Positions 18,168 to 28,220 of a DNA stretch of 64,000 nt are shown here, piece after piece. A program made the translations under genes and the position numbers. How positions within the stretch are numbered: the stretch's first letter is position 1; every line of letters starts with the position of its first letter. Below the pieces are notes generated by a model that saw only the letters and a list, made by a program, of their open reading frames with translations, did not search any database and was not told the origin of the DNA. Location of the stretch: the NCBI GenBank assembly GCA_028866275.1, contig JAGWIK010000008.1, positions 10,707 to 74,706 of the forward strand. Direction: 5' to 3'. The stretch comes from Alphaproteobacteria bacterium (GTDB lineage: Bacteria; Pseudomonadota; Alphaproteobacteria; UBA9219).

Positions 18168-19933
18168 CAACGCCCCCTTGTCATATCGACGCAACGCCGC
18201 AATTCGTCCAAACCAGTTTCCTGGCGCAGAACCTTGCCGATGCCATCGGCGGCCATGGGGCGAAAACCGTCTTGCGCCGCTTGCCTGCGCAAAACGGCGC
18301 GCGGCGCGTCGTCAGCGATCAGCGCGTCGAGTTCCGGCGTCACGCGCAGGATTTCCGTGACGGCAATGCGACCGCGATATCCGCTGTGCCCGCATTGGGC
18401 GCAGCCGCGGGCTTCGGCGATGCTGACGGGGGCATCGATGCGCGCCTGTGCGGTTTCGCCAAACCCGGCAAAGGCAGGCGGTGCCGGTGTGGTGTTGTGC
18501 AGTAATGCAGATTCGGAATCCGTGGCCGCGCGCACATGTTTGCAATGCGGACATAATTTACGCACCAGCCGTTGCGCCACGATGCTTGAAATGTTTTCGC
18601 TAAGCATGCGCGGCGACAGCCCCAGGTCATGCAGGCGCGGCAAAGCCCCGAAGGCATCGTTACTGTGCAAAGTGGTGAACACCCTGTGTCCTGTCATCGC
18701 GGCACGCAATGCCATTTGCGCGGTGTCGGCGTCGCGGACTTCACCGATGAAAATAATGTCCGGCGCTTGCCGCAAAATACCCCGAATTCCGTTGGCGAAA
18801 GTAAGTCCATGCTGTTCGCGAATGGCGGTCTGGCGGATCATCTCGAATTGATATTCAACCGGCTCTTCCAACGTCATGATGTTGGTCTCGACATGGCACA
18901 GTTTTTTTAAAATGGCATATTGCGTGGTCGTTTTGCCGCTGCCGGTCGGGCCCGTGACCAAGGTTATGCCGTCGGGGCGTTGCAGCAGCAAATCAAGCTG
19001 CGCCAGCGCATGCGCGTCGTAACCCAGTTTTTCCAAGGGCAATACGGCGCGGCGGTGATCAAGGATTCGAATAACGATATTCTCGCCCTGCACCGTCGGC
19101 ATTACCGCCATGCGGAAATCGATATCCGCGCCGCCGATTTGCAGGCGGAAACGCCCGTCCTGCATGCTGCGCGTGTCGGCGATATTCATATTGGCCATAA
19201 TCTTCAGGCGATGCGACAATTCCGGCCAATGGTCGCGATGCAGCGCGCGCACCTGCCGCAACACGCCGTCGACGCGAATGCGTAAACGCACGAAACTGCT
19301 TTCCGGTTCCAGATGAATGTCGCTGGCGCCCGCGCGCACCGCCTCGCCGATAATGGAATCGACCATACGGATAACGGGGTGCTGCCATGCGTGCGTCCCC
19401 GCGTCGGCGTCGCGGGCCTGCGCCGCGGCGCCTTCCAGTTCGCGCAGAATATCATCGAAATCGGCGTCGCTGCGCGCGTAATCGGCCAGTGCGTCCTTGA
19501 TGTCTGTGGCAGAGGCTACAAACGGTTTTATGTCGATAGGCCGCGGGAAATATCGCCGCACTTCGTCCATAGCTGCGATGTCGTAAGGGTCGGCCATGGC
19601 CAGACGCAAGGTTTCTCCATCGAACGACATAGGCACGGAGCGACAACGTTCGGCAACCGCGCGCGGCAGGCGGCGGGCGATGTCGGGGGCGACAGGCTCT
19701 GTTTTCAAATCGACGGGTTCGTGTCCGCTATGGGCTGCCAGAACGGCCGCCAGTTTCTCGTCGCTGATAAAGCCCAGCCGCACCAGCACCGCGCCGAGCC
19801 TGCCGCCGTTGCGGCGTTGTTCGTGCAGCGCGATCTGCATCTGATCCGATGTCAACATGTCGTCGCGCAACAGCCTTTCCCCCAGTTTTAGCGGGGCGGC
19901 GGGTTGAGTGCGTAGCGGCATGATTTTATTCAT
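18167..19933 (-). CDS. gspE: GspE/PilB/MshE-family secretion ATPase with N-terminal MshEN (c-di-GMP-binding) domain and C-terminal tetracysteine Zn motif
   Basis: Walker A GPTGSGKTTT, Asp/His boxes, CPHC...CAQC. The N-terminus carries two tandem 24-aa LGxxLxxxGxIxxxxLxxALxxQ-type motifs. Confidence 0.9.
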   Translation of the reverse strand: MNKIMPLRTQPAAPLKLGERLLRDDMLTSDQMQIALHEQRRNGGRLGAVLVRLGFISDEKLAAVLAAHSGHEPVDLKTEPVAPDIARRLPRAVAERCRSVPMSFDGETLRLAMADPYDIAAMDEVRRYFPRPIDIKPFVASATDIKDALADYARSDADFDDILRELEGAAAQARDADAGTHAWQHPVIRMVDSIIGEAVRAGASDIHLEPESSFVRLRIRVDGVLRQVRALHRDHWPELSHRLKIMANMNIADTRSMQDGRFRLQIGGADIDFRMAVMPTVQGENIVIRILDHRRAVLPLEKLGYDAHALAQLDLLLQRPDGITLVTGPTGSGKTTTQYAILKKLCHVETNIMTLEEPVEYQFEMIRQTAIREQHGLTFANGIRGILRQAPDIIFIGEVRDADTAQMALRAAMTGHRVFTTLHSNDAFGALPRLHDLGLSPRMLSENISSIVAQRLVRKLCPHCKHVRAATDSESALLHNTTPAPPAFAGFGETAQARIDAPVSIAEARGCAQCGHSGYRGRIAVTEILRVTPELDALIADDAPRAVLRRQAAQDGFRPMAADGIGKVLRQETGLDELRRCVDMTRGR

Positions 19934-19936
19934 TGG

Positions 19937-20746
19937 TTACCACACTGTTGTGCAGCTGTCGTTGCCGAACATGGCGACCAGCGTATTGCGGTCGGCATAG
20001 GCAAGGATATCGTCGTAAATATCGGTCGCGGTCGATATCGCCTGCGCATCGTAAAAATGTCCCGTCGATTGCGATGTCTGAACGCCATTGCATTGCGCAT
20101 AGCCGCTGTAGGAAGACGGGCTGCACGCGGCATAAGCCGATGAAAAAGGCAGGCCGGAACCATTATTCCCGTTGCCCACAGGCTGGGCAAAATACGATCC
20201 GTATCCTTCCTTGCCGTGGCTGACGAAAATGACGGCGGCTTGCTGTGTTGCGCCACCCGGCGTTGTGACCAAAACGCGATAGGATGTCGCTAGTCCTGCG
20301 GCGCACATGCCCTGGCTCGATGAAGGCGGCGCGGTCGTAAATTTCGCCGTCAGCGCAGGGTCAACGCGCATCGTGATCCAATGCCCCCACCCGTCGTGCG
20401 CGGTCGACGCCGGAATGCCCAAGGACGCGAAAGGGGCAATGCCTTCGGCTATGGACGCGGCACACCCGCCGCATGCCGCGCCCGTACCGCCGACAATGCC
20501 GAATTTCGCGCCGACCGCGCCGGGGCTGGCCGGACAGGGCACGCACCCGTTGGCCTGAACATAGGCGGCAGTCGCCAGCATCAGGCTGTGCAGATTGCTT
20601 TGCGTCAGTTGATACTGGTTGGCGGCACGCAATGCGGTCAAAGCGGGGAAAATCGTCAACATGACAATCCCCGCAATGATCATCACCATCGCCATTTCGG
20701 CGAGGGTAAAGCCCGCATGATCCGATTGCGCGCGCCAAACCCGCAT
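19937..20746 (-). CDS. prepilin-type N-terminal cleavage/methylation domain protein (minor pilin/pseudopilin)
   Basis: Leader MRVWRAQSDHAG then FTLAEMAMVMIIAGIVM with Glu at +5. The C-terminal region is Cys-rich. Confidence 0.7.
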   Translation of the reverse strand: MRVWRAQSDHAGFTLAEMAMVMIIAGIVMLTIFPALTALRAANQYQLTQSNLHSLMLATAAYVQANGCVPCPASPGAVGAKFGIVGGTGAACGGCAASIAEGIAPFASLGIPASTAHDGWGHWITMRVDPALTAKFTTAPPSSSQGMCAAGLATSYRVLVTTPGGATQQAAVIFVSHGKEGYGSYFAQPVGNGNNGSGLPFSSAYAACSPSSYSGYAQCNGVQTSQSTGHFYDAQAISTATDIYDDILAYADRNTLVAMFGNDSCTTVW

Positions 20747-20751
20747 CGCCG

Positions 20752-21399
20752 TTACATTCTGATGCAGACGGTATAGGTCTGACCCGTAACATAGCCGGTG
20801 TTTGCCGCGGCGCCGTCGGCAGCGCCGGGGGCGGTTGCGGTCAATACGGCTTGAACCGTGCCTGCGTTAATGACGCCATCGTCGAGCCGCGAGTCAATGG
20901 CCTGCGCAGCGTCGGAAGGCACATCGCTCAGGCACAGGACGTTGGTGGTGATGCCGCCGCTGAATGCGCCATGCTGGTAACCGTAAATACCGCCGAACGG
21001 GTTGGCGGGTTGCAACGTCTGGTCTGCGCCAGAGATCTGTTTGACAAGACCGGCGGCGCGCAATTCCTGCCAGACCAGACGGGTTTCGTCGCTGGCGGTC
21101 TGGCTGTCGAAATCGCCGTTCAGCGTGCCGTCGCCGTTACCCGCCGTGCCGGTCAATGAAAAGCGCGATAATCCACTGGTGTCGTCGCCGGGCATGGCGT
21201 TGTAATTTTGCATATAGGTCTGGAATTGCGCTTCGAACGCCTGAATGGAATTGACGGCGTTGGTAATCTGGGCGTTTTCCATGATCTGTCGCCCCGTCAA
21301 AACGCCGCCGATGATAAGGCCGATGATGACAAGGACGATTGACAGTTCGACCAAGGTAAAACCCGAAGTCCGGTTACGATGTATTGGCTGGCGTTTCAT
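20752..21399 (-). CDS. type IV pilin / major pseudopilin-like protein
   Basis: Leader MKRQPIHRNRTSG then FTLVELSIVLVIIGLIIGG (class III signal with Glu+5). It ends with a C-terminal Cys pair region. Confidence 0.75.
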   Translation of the reverse strand: MKRQPIHRNRTSGFTLVELSIVLVIIGLIIGGVLTGRQIMENAQITNAVNSIQAFEAQFQTYMQNYNAMPGDDTSGLSRFSLTGTAGNGDGTLNGDFDSQTASDETRLVWQELRAAGLVKQISGADQTLQPANPFGGIYGYQHGAFSGGITTNVLCLSDVPSDAAQAIDSRLDDGVINAGTVQAVLTATAPGAADGAAANTGYVTGQTYTVCIRM

Positions 21400-23186
21400 G
21401 ATTTTTCTCCGTCTTTTTGGGGTGTGGGTGTGCCTGTGTGGTCTTCATCATCCGCCTTGTCGGCTGGCAAAGGCGGCAATGTCATCTGGCGAGGGTCTTT
21501 GCCGAAACGGCGATAGACGGCATCGTCCGCCGCGTCGGGCGCGGGGGTATCGGCGATGGTGGCGCGCAACAGGATGATCAATTCGCTCGTCTTGCCGTCG
21601 TTGCTGCGTGATTTGAATAAACTGCTGACATAAGGCAGGTCGGACAGCAATGGCACGCCCTGATCCTGATTGATCGAACTGTCCTGCATCAATCCGCCCA
21701 TCACGGCGATTGCGCCGGAATGAAGCTGGATAACCGAATCCATTTCGCGCACCGCCAGCACCGGGATCTGCGACGGCACACTGTCGGCGACGCCCGCAAT
21801 GGCGGCGTTGAGATTGATCGACGGGTCGTCAACCTCGCCGACGATGCGCGAAATGGTGGGGCGCAGCGTCATCGTCACGCGGTCATGCGCGGCATCAATG
21901 GCGGGTTGCACGGTCATGACCAGCCCGACGGGAACGGTGCGCGGCGTGCTGGTATAAACGGGGTTGGTGGTGACAGACGACCCGTTGGCGTTGGTCGTCG
22001 TGGTGAATTGCGCCTGCGTGACAAAATAAACCTGATTGGTGGCGACCTTCATCACGGCTGTCTGGTTGTTCAGAACGGTAATGCGCGGCGCGGACAATAC
22101 CCGCGTCGTGCCGAAAGTCTGCACCAGGTTAATAAGCGAACTAAAATTGGTTCCGGTTAATCCCGCCGTGAAATAGCCGTTGGTATTGTTCGCGACCTGC
22201 GTGCCGAAATTGGCGGCTGCGCCGAACGCGTTGGAAAAAACGCCCGTCCAGTCGATGCCGGATTGATAATTGTCGTCAAGTTCGACTTCGATAATCCGCG
22301 CGTCTATCAACACCTGTGCATAGGCCTTGCGTCGCAATTGCGCGACATAGGCGGCGACGGCTTGCTGTTGCGCCTGTGTGCCGTAAACGGTGACAAGTCC
22401 GGCTTGTTTGTCGGTGCTGAAATCGCTTTTGCTATTGTCGCCGGTTGTGCGCGCATGCGCGGCCAGAATCTGGGCCAGCGATTTTTGCGTTTCGGCCCAG
22501 AAATCGGCTTCCGACAGGCTGGCAACTTTAGCGGTGGAATTGTTTTGTGTCGCGGCGACGCCATTGCCGCCGCCGCCCGCCGCGCCGCCGATGCCGCTGT
22601 TGTTGCCGCTGACATCGACATCGAACACGTTGGTGGCGATGCCGGTCTCGCCGGTGGTTTTACGCGACAGATTCAGGTAATCGAGCTGATATGTTTTTTC
22701 ATAAGGATCATCGGGTTCGATATGAATAAATCCGCCATCGTCGATGCTGTATCGCAATCCGGCGGAATCGCATATGCGTTGCAAGACCGTCTGTAGCGGT
22801 TCGTCATGCGCGGAAATAATCACGCTGCCCTGCACGCGGGGGTCGAGTTCAAGATTCGCGCCAGTTTTGTTGACCAGCTCCATCAACACATCACGCACAG
22901 GCACGCTGTCGCTGACTTCCAGATTGACGCGCTTGGCCAAAGGCCCGGTCGGGGCTTCATCGGCATTATCGGGAATGGATGGGATGGGCGGCGCTTTTTT
23001 GGCGTTCAGTCCGTCGTCCGTGCCGTGGCGATTGCGCAGGGCCAGATAATCGGCGCGGCTCAATCCGCCTGCCGGATCGATATCATTGGTTGTTACGATG
23101 TTGTCGGAGTCGGCAAGAGAGCAGGCGTTCAAAAGAACGACAGCGTTAACCATAAGTAAAACAACAAGAAAATGTCGTAACTTCAT
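21396..23186 (-). CDS. secretin (GspD/PilQ family) outer-membrane channel, predicted lipoprotein
   Basis: Signal plus lipobox (LLNAC|S), N0/N-domains and a secretin C-domain (VPLLSDLPYVSSLFKS...SELIILLRATI). It has a Gly/Asn-rich low-complexity insert. Confidence 0.85.
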   Translation of the reverse strand: MKLRHFLVVLLMVNAVVLLNACSLADSDNIVTTNDIDPAGGLSRADYLALRNRHGTDDGLNAKKAPPIPSIPDNADEAPTGPLAKRVNLEVSDSVPVRDVLMELVNKTGANLELDPRVQGSVIISAHDEPLQTVLQRICDSAGLRYSIDDGGFIHIEPDDPYEKTYQLDYLNLSRKTTGETGIATNVFDVDVSGNNSGIGGAAGGGGNGVAATQNNSTAKVASLSEADFWAETQKSLAQILAAHARTTGDNSKSDFSTDKQAGLVTVYGTQAQQQAVAAYVAQLRRKAYAQVLIDARIIEVELDDNYQSGIDWTGVFSNAFGAAANFGTQVANNTNGYFTAGLTGTNFSSLINLVQTFGTTRVLSAPRITVLNNQTAVMKVATNQVYFVTQAQFTTTTNANGSSVTTNPVYTSTPRTVPVGLVMTVQPAIDAAHDRVTMTLRPTISRIVGEVDDPSINLNAAIAGVADSVPSQIPVLAVREMDSVIQLHSGAIAVMGGLMQDSSINQDQGVPLLSDLPYVSSLFKSRSNDGKTSELIILLRATIADTPAPDAADDAVYRRFGKDPRQMTLPPLPADKADDEDHTGTPTPQKDGEKS

Positions 23187-23295
23187 GGAAAGAAAGAAAA
23201 ATAAACACAACACACGAATGTGTGCGCGTTGTTTCTATTATAGGTTGCCGATGTGTGTCAAAAGGATGTTCTAGTAACACCCTGTGGATAAGTGT

Positions 23296-24042
23296 TTATT
23301 TCTGGGGATAAGTTACGTTCCAGAAACAAAGAGCATGCGCCGGGGCGGTCGGGCCGCCCTTGCTGCGGTCGCAGGCGGCAAAGGCGGTACGGAAATCGTC
23401 GAGGCTCCATTGCCCCGTGCCGACCATCGCCAAAGTACCGGCCATATTGCGCACCTGGTGATACAAAAACGACCGCGCTGCCGTTTCGATGACGATAGTT
23501 TCGCCGTCGCGCGTAACATTCAGCCTGTCCAGCGTTTTCACCGGCGAATTTGACTGGCAATTCTGCGCACGGAATGTCGAAAAATCATGTTGCCCGATCA
23601 GCAGATCGGCCGCGGCCTGCATCGCGGCGATATCCAGCGGGCGCGGCACATGCCATGCGCGTTCGGCGTCGATCGCCAGCGGCGCACGGCGGTTGACGAT
23701 GCGGTAACGATAGCTTCGTTGAATGGCGCTGAACCGCGCATGAAAGGCCTCGTCGACGTGTTCCGCGCCAAGGATGGCGATTTTGTGCGGGCGCAGATAA
23801 AAATTCACGGCATCGCGCACGGTGTCGCCGTCGGTGTTTTTGGTTATATCGAAATGCGCGACTTGCGCGCGGGCATGCACGCCGGTATCGGTTCGTCCCG
23901 CGCCATGCAGCGTGGCGGTCTCGCCGCAGAATCTTTCGATCGCCTCCTCGATGCATTGCTGGATCGACGGCGCATGCGGTTGCCGTTGCCAGCCGCAAAA
24001 CGCGCCGCCTTCATATTCGATTGTCAGCTTCCAGCGCGTCAT
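23296..24042 (-). CDS. truA: tRNA pseudouridine(38-40) synthase
   Basis: [19 protein letters not shown] catalytic Asp motif, 248 aa. Confidence 0.9.
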   Translation of the reverse strand: MTRWKLTIEYEGGAFCGWQRQPHAPSIQQCIEEAIERFCGETATLHGAGRTDTGVHARAQVAHFDITKNTDGDTVRDAVNFYLRPHKIAILGAEHVDEAFHARFSAIQRSYRYRIVNRRAPLAIDAERAWHVPRPLDIAAMQAAADLLIGQHDFSTFRAQNCQSNSPVKTLDRLNVTRDGETIVIETAARSFLYHQVRNMAGTLAMVGTGQWSLDDFRTAFAACDRSKGGPTAPAHALCFWNVTYPQK

Positions 24043-24962
24043 AGCAAAGATCCGACCGGCAAACGCAGTCCGCGCAACATCGATGCGCCGTCCGTCGCGG
24101 CTTTTCCGGCGCGTTGCACGGTATCCAGCCGCAACGCCCTGTCGCCGCAGGCGACGGTGAATTGGTCGTCAAGCAAAGTTCCCGGCGCGCCCGATTTGTC
24201 GATGATCGTGGCGGCCAGGAGTTTGATCACCTCGCCGTCCAGCGTAAAATAACATCCGGGCCACGGATGCAGGGCGCGCAATTGCCGTTCGATGGCGGCG
24301 GCGGGGGTCGTCCAATCAATCTTGCCGTCGTCGCGGGTCAGCTTGGCGGCATAGGTCGCGCCCTCCGGCGGCTGGGGGGTCGCGTGCAGTGCGCCGGCAG
24401 CCAAATCCGCCAATGCCCGCACCACAAGCCGCGCGCCCATGTCGGCCAGCGCATCGTGCAGGGTTTGCGCGGTGGTTTGCGGCGTGATCGCCACATGGTC
24501 GCGCAACAGCATCGCGCCTGTATCCAGTCCCGCATCCATCTGCATGATCGTAACGCCGGTTTCGGCATCGCCCGCCAGAATGGCGCGTTGGATAGGCGCC
24601 GCACCGCGCCAGCGCGGCAGCAACGAACCGTGGATATTGATGCATCCATAGCGCGGCGCGTCGAGAATAGCCTGCGGCAATATCAACCCATAGGCGGCAA
24701 CGACGGCGACATCGAGCTTTAATGCGCGGAATTTTTCCTGTTCTTCGGCGTTGCGTAAAGTCCTGGGCGTATGGACGTTCAGGCCCATTTCTTCCGCGGC
24801 GCGGTGCACCGGCGTTTTTTGCAGCTGATGCCCTCGTCCGGCGGGTTTGGGGGGCTGGCAATAAACGGCGGCGATGTCGTGCCCTGCGGCATGCAGGGCG
24901 CGCAAAGCGGTCACGGCAAAATCGGGCGTGCCCATAAAGGCGATGCGGAGGGGATGTGTCAT
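24039..24962 (-). CDS. fmt: methionyl-tRNA formyltransferase
   Basis: N-terminal formyltransferase fold ([29 protein letters not shown]) and a C-terminal domain. It lies between def and truA. Confidence 0.92.
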   Translation of the reverse strand: MTHPLRIAFMGTPDFAVTALRALHAAGHDIAAVYCQPPKPAGRGHQLQKTPVHRAAEEMGLNVHTPRTLRNAEEQEKFRALKLDVAVVAAYGLILPQAILDAPRYGCINIHGSLLPRWRGAAPIQRAILAGDAETGVTIMQMDAGLDTGAMLLRDHVAITPQTTAQTLHDALADMGARLVVRALADLAAGALHATPQPPEGATYAAKLTRDDGKIDWTTPAAAIERQLRALHPWPGCYFTLDGEVIKLLAATIIDKSGAPGTLLDDQFTVACGDRALRLDTVQRAGKAATDGASMLRGLRLPVGSLL

Positions 24963-24988
24963 GCCGGTGTTATACTACAAAACACCAA

Positions 24989-25516
24989 TTACAGGACATG
25001 CCCGTCTTCGGCGCGTTGTTCTTTGTCTATTTTGCGCAAAATCATGTCGCGCTTCAGCTTCGACAGGTGGTCGATGAACAGGACGCCATTCAAATGGTCG
25101 ATTTCATGCTGAATGCACTGGCTCAGCAAATCCTCGGCCTCCAATTCGCATTTTTTGCCTGCGGCATCCAGATAGGTCATACGAATGCGTTTGGGCCGCG
25201 TGACTTTGGCATAATGGCCGGGGATCGACAGACAGCCTTCGTTATAGGTGAAAGTTTCATCCGGATCGTGCCACACCACTTCGGGGTTTGCCATCAACAG
25301 CACATTTTTCCCGTCGCGCTCGTCGGAAACGTCCACAGTGATGACGCGGTCAAGGCTGCCGACCTGATTGGCCGCCAAACCGATACCGTTGCCTTTGTAC
25401 ATGGTTTCGGCCATGTCATGCATGAATGCGGCGATACGTTTGTCGACGGCGGCGACAGGCTGCGCAACCTTGCGCAGCACGGCAGCGGGAATAATCTGAA
25501 TAGGCAGTTGAGACAT
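24989..25516 (-). CDS. def: peptide deformylase
   Basis: Motifs GIGLAANQVG, EGCLSIPG and QHEIDHLNG. Confidence 0.93.
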   Translation of the reverse strand: MSQLPIQIIPAAVLRKVAQPVAAVDKRIAAFMHDMAETMYKGNGIGLAANQVGSLDRVITVDVSDERDGKNVLLMANPEVVWHDPDETFTYNEGCLSIPGHYAKVTRPKRIRMTYLDAAGKKCELEAEDLLSQCIQHEIDHLNGVLFIDHLSKLKRDMILRKIDKEQRAEDGHVL

Positions 25517-25579
25517 GCGTCTTTCCTGAAATAAGAATTATTCCAATATAATAAAGTAACGCCAAGATTAAGGCAAATG

Positions 25580-26782
25580 TTACGCCGCGTCATCCTTGGC
25601 GGCGGGCAGGGCCGGCGTGCGCGTTTGCAGATCAATAGGCGCGGTGTTTTCGCTGATTTCCTTGTCTTCCTTATTCGCGCCGTAATCGCGCAATTTGCGC
25701 GCCTTAACCAAAACATTGCGTTCCAGACTGCCGACCATCCGGTTATAGCTTTCCATCGATCCGGACAATTTGCGGCCCATGTCAACGACATGGTCGGTCA
25801 TGGTCGCCACGGCGGTATAAAGCTCGCCGCCCAGCGCGCCCAGCCTGACCGCGTTTTCCCGCAAATTTTCCTGCCGCCAGCTCATCGATACTGTACGCAG
25901 CAGGGCTACCAGCGTCAGCGGCGTCGCCAGAACGACATCATTCGACGCGCTATATTCCATCAAATCGGGGTCGCAATCCAAAGCGCCGGCCAGAAAATGG
26001 TCACCGGGGACGAATAACACAACAAAATCAACAGCACCCTCGATCTGGTCCCAATAAGCCTTGGCGCTCAACGCGCGCACATGGTCGCGCATCGCGCGGG
26101 CATGCTGTTTCATCGCCGCTTGCCGGATATCGGGATCATCGCTCTGCGCGCCGTCCATATAGGCGTTAAGGGGAACCTTGCTGTCGATAACGACACAACG
26201 CTGGCCGGGCAGGGACACAACATAATCGGGGCGCAGGCTGCCTGCGCCGTCTTCGCCGGGGATATGCTGTTGCGCGGCAAAGTCACGGGTATATTCCGAC
26301 ATTCCGGTCATTTCCAGAATACGGCGCACCTGAATTTCGCCCCAACGGCCGCGCGTGGCGGGCGCGCGCAAGGCCTGCAACAATTGTCCCGTTTCCTGAC
26401 GCAACTGCTGCTGGGCTTCGTTCGACAGGCTGACGGCTTTCAACACTTCCCTGTACGCGCCCTCGCGCTGCGTTTCCATGGCGCGGATATGGGCGTCCAT
26501 CTTGGTCAGGGTTTCCTTGACCGGCTTGACAATTTCGTCAATGGCGGTCGATTTTTTGTCGAACAGGGCAGCCGTGGTGTTTTCGGCCTGTTTCAGCCGG
26601 GTTTCGGCCAGTTGCAGAAAGCTTTCATTGCTCTGCCGCAGGGCTTCGGCGGCGATCCCGCGGAACCGTTCGCCCCATTCGGTTTCGGTGCCGATGCGCG
26701 CGCGCGTGAACAACCACACGGCGCAGCCGCCGGTGATAATGCCCAGCATCAGGGCTATGGCGAAATAGTCATAAATGCGCAT
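25580..26782 (-). CDS. rmuC: DNA recombination protein RmuC
   Basis: N-terminal TM, a long coiled-coil and a C-terminal RmuC nuclease-like domain (GRWGEIQVRRILE...VVIDSKVPL). Confidence 0.85.
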   Translation of the reverse strand: MRIYDYFAIALMLGIITGGCAVWLFTRARIGTETEWGERFRGIAAEALRQSNESFLQLAETRLKQAENTTAALFDKKSTAIDEIVKPVKETLTKMDAHIRAMETQREGAYREVLKAVSLSNEAQQQLRQETGQLLQALRAPATRGRWGEIQVRRILEMTGMSEYTRDFAAQQHIPGEDGAGSLRPDYVVSLPGQRCVVIDSKVPLNAYMDGAQSDDPDIRQAAMKQHARAMRDHVRALSAKAYWDQIEGAVDFVVLFVPGDHFLAGALDCDPDLMEYSASNDVVLATPLTLVALLRTVSMSWRQENLRENAVRLGALGGELYTAVATMTDHVVDMGRKLSGSMESYNRMVGSLERNVLVKARKLRDYGANKEDKEISENTAPIDLQTRTPALPAAKDDAA

Positions 26783-26895
26783 GAAATTCCGATCATCGGT
26801 CGCGTTATTTATATCTGATTCGCGCGGCGACGTGCTTGTTTATTTTGTTCATTTGATGCATTAGATTAATCTTCTATCATTTTGCGGAGTTTCGC

Positions 26896-28218
26896 TTGTC
26901 GTTGGGCGCCGAGATAGCCATCGTTCTTCTGCTGATTCTCGTCAACGGCTTTTTCGCCATGTCGGAACTGGCTATCGTATCGGCGCGCCGCGCGCGGCTG
27001 CGCCAATTGGCGGACGAGGATAATGCCGGGGCCAAGCTTGTTCTGGGGCTGGCCGAAGACCCGTCCCGTTTTTTATCCATCGTTCAAATCGGCATGACGC
27101 TGAACAGCGTTCTGGCCGGGGCTTACAGCGGTGCCACGCTGGCGGGCAGACTTGGGGATTATCTCAACGGCATCGCGTGGATTGCGCCCGACGGCAATGC
27201 CGTCGCGCTGGCCCTGACGGTGGCGGGCGTCACTTACCTTAATCTGGTCATCGGCGAATTGGTTCCCAAACGCATTGGCTTGGCCTATGCCGAAAAAATC
27301 GCGGTGCGCGTGGCGCATGCTATGGGGATTTTCGCCGCCATCGCCGCGCCTGTCGTCTGGCTTTTGAAGCAATCGACCGAAACCGTATTGTATCTGCTGC
27401 GCCTTCATAACACGCCTCAGGCGGGCGTAACGGAAGAAGAAGTGCGCAACGTCATCGCCGAAGGCACGCAATCCGGCGCCTTGAAACCTGCCGAACAAAG
27501 CATGCTGGAAGGCGTCATGCGTCTGGCCGACCGGTCGGTGCGCACGATTATGACGCCGCGCATGGATGTGGTGTGGCTGAATATCGACGATACGCCGCGC
27601 GACCATAAAAACATCATTCGTTCCAGCGGCTATAGCCGCTTTCCCGTGGCGCGCGGCGATATGGAAGAAATTCTGGGCGTCGTTCATGCCAAGGATTTGC
27701 TGAACGCCAGTTTCGACGGCGCGACCTTGTCCCTCAAGCCCGTCATGCGTCCGGCCCTGGCCGTTCCCGACACGACGCCGGTGTTGCGCTTGCTTGAACA
27801 GTTCAAAAAATCCGGCCAGCATATCGCGCTGGTCGTCGACGAATATGGCAGCGTCGAAGGGCTGGTTTCCGTCACCGATATCATCGAATCCATCACCGGC
27901 GGCTTGCCGGAACGTGGTCGCGAAGGCACGGAAAAACCGGTGCGGCGCGAGGATGGCAGCTGGCTCATCGACGGTATGGTGCCGATTGACGAAATCGAAG
28001 CTCTGACGGGATTAAAGGATATGCGCGGCGACGGCGATTTTCAAACGCTGGGCGGATTTATTATCGAACGTCTGGGCCGTATCCCTGCGACAGGCGACCA
28101 CTTCGTTTGGGAAGACGCGCATTTCGAAGTCGTCGATATGGATGGCCGCCGCGTCGATAAGGTCATCCTTATGCCCCCCGCCGAAGAAAGCGACCGCGCC
28201 TCAGGCGAAGATAGATAG
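26896..28218 (+). CDS. hemolysin/CNNM-family (DUF21-CBS-CorC_HlyC) membrane protein, TlyC-like
   Basis: DUF21 TM domain, tandem CBS domains and a CorC/HlyC C-terminal domain. The start is TTG at 26896, preceded by GGAG. Confidence 0.85.
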   Translation: MSLGAEIAIVLLLILVNGFFAMSELAIVSARRARLRQLADEDNAGAKLVLGLAEDPSRFLSIVQIGMTLNSVLAGAYSGATLAGRLGDYLNGIAWIAPDGNAVALALTVAGVTYLNLVIGELVPKRIGLAYAEKIAVRVAHAMGIFAAIAAPVVWLLKQSTETVLYLLRLHNTPQAGVTEEEVRNVIAEGTQSGALKPAEQSMLEGVMRLADRSVRTIMTPRMDVVWLNIDDTPRDHKNIIRSSGYSRFPVARGDMEEILGVVHAKDLLNASFDGATLSLKPVMRPALAVPDTTPVLRLLEQFKKSGQHIALVVDEYGSVEGLVSVTDIIESITGGLPERGREGTEKPVRREDGSWLIDGMVPIDEIEALTGLKDMRGDGDFQTLGGFIIERLGRIPATGDHFVWEDAHFEVVDMDGRRVDKVILMPPAEESDRASGEDR

Positions 28219-28220
28219 GC

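Noticed and set aside
17703-18851. 382-aa plus-strand ORF across the gspF/gspE junction
   Set aside because: Antisense to two genes with clear secretion-system motifs. High-GC artefact.
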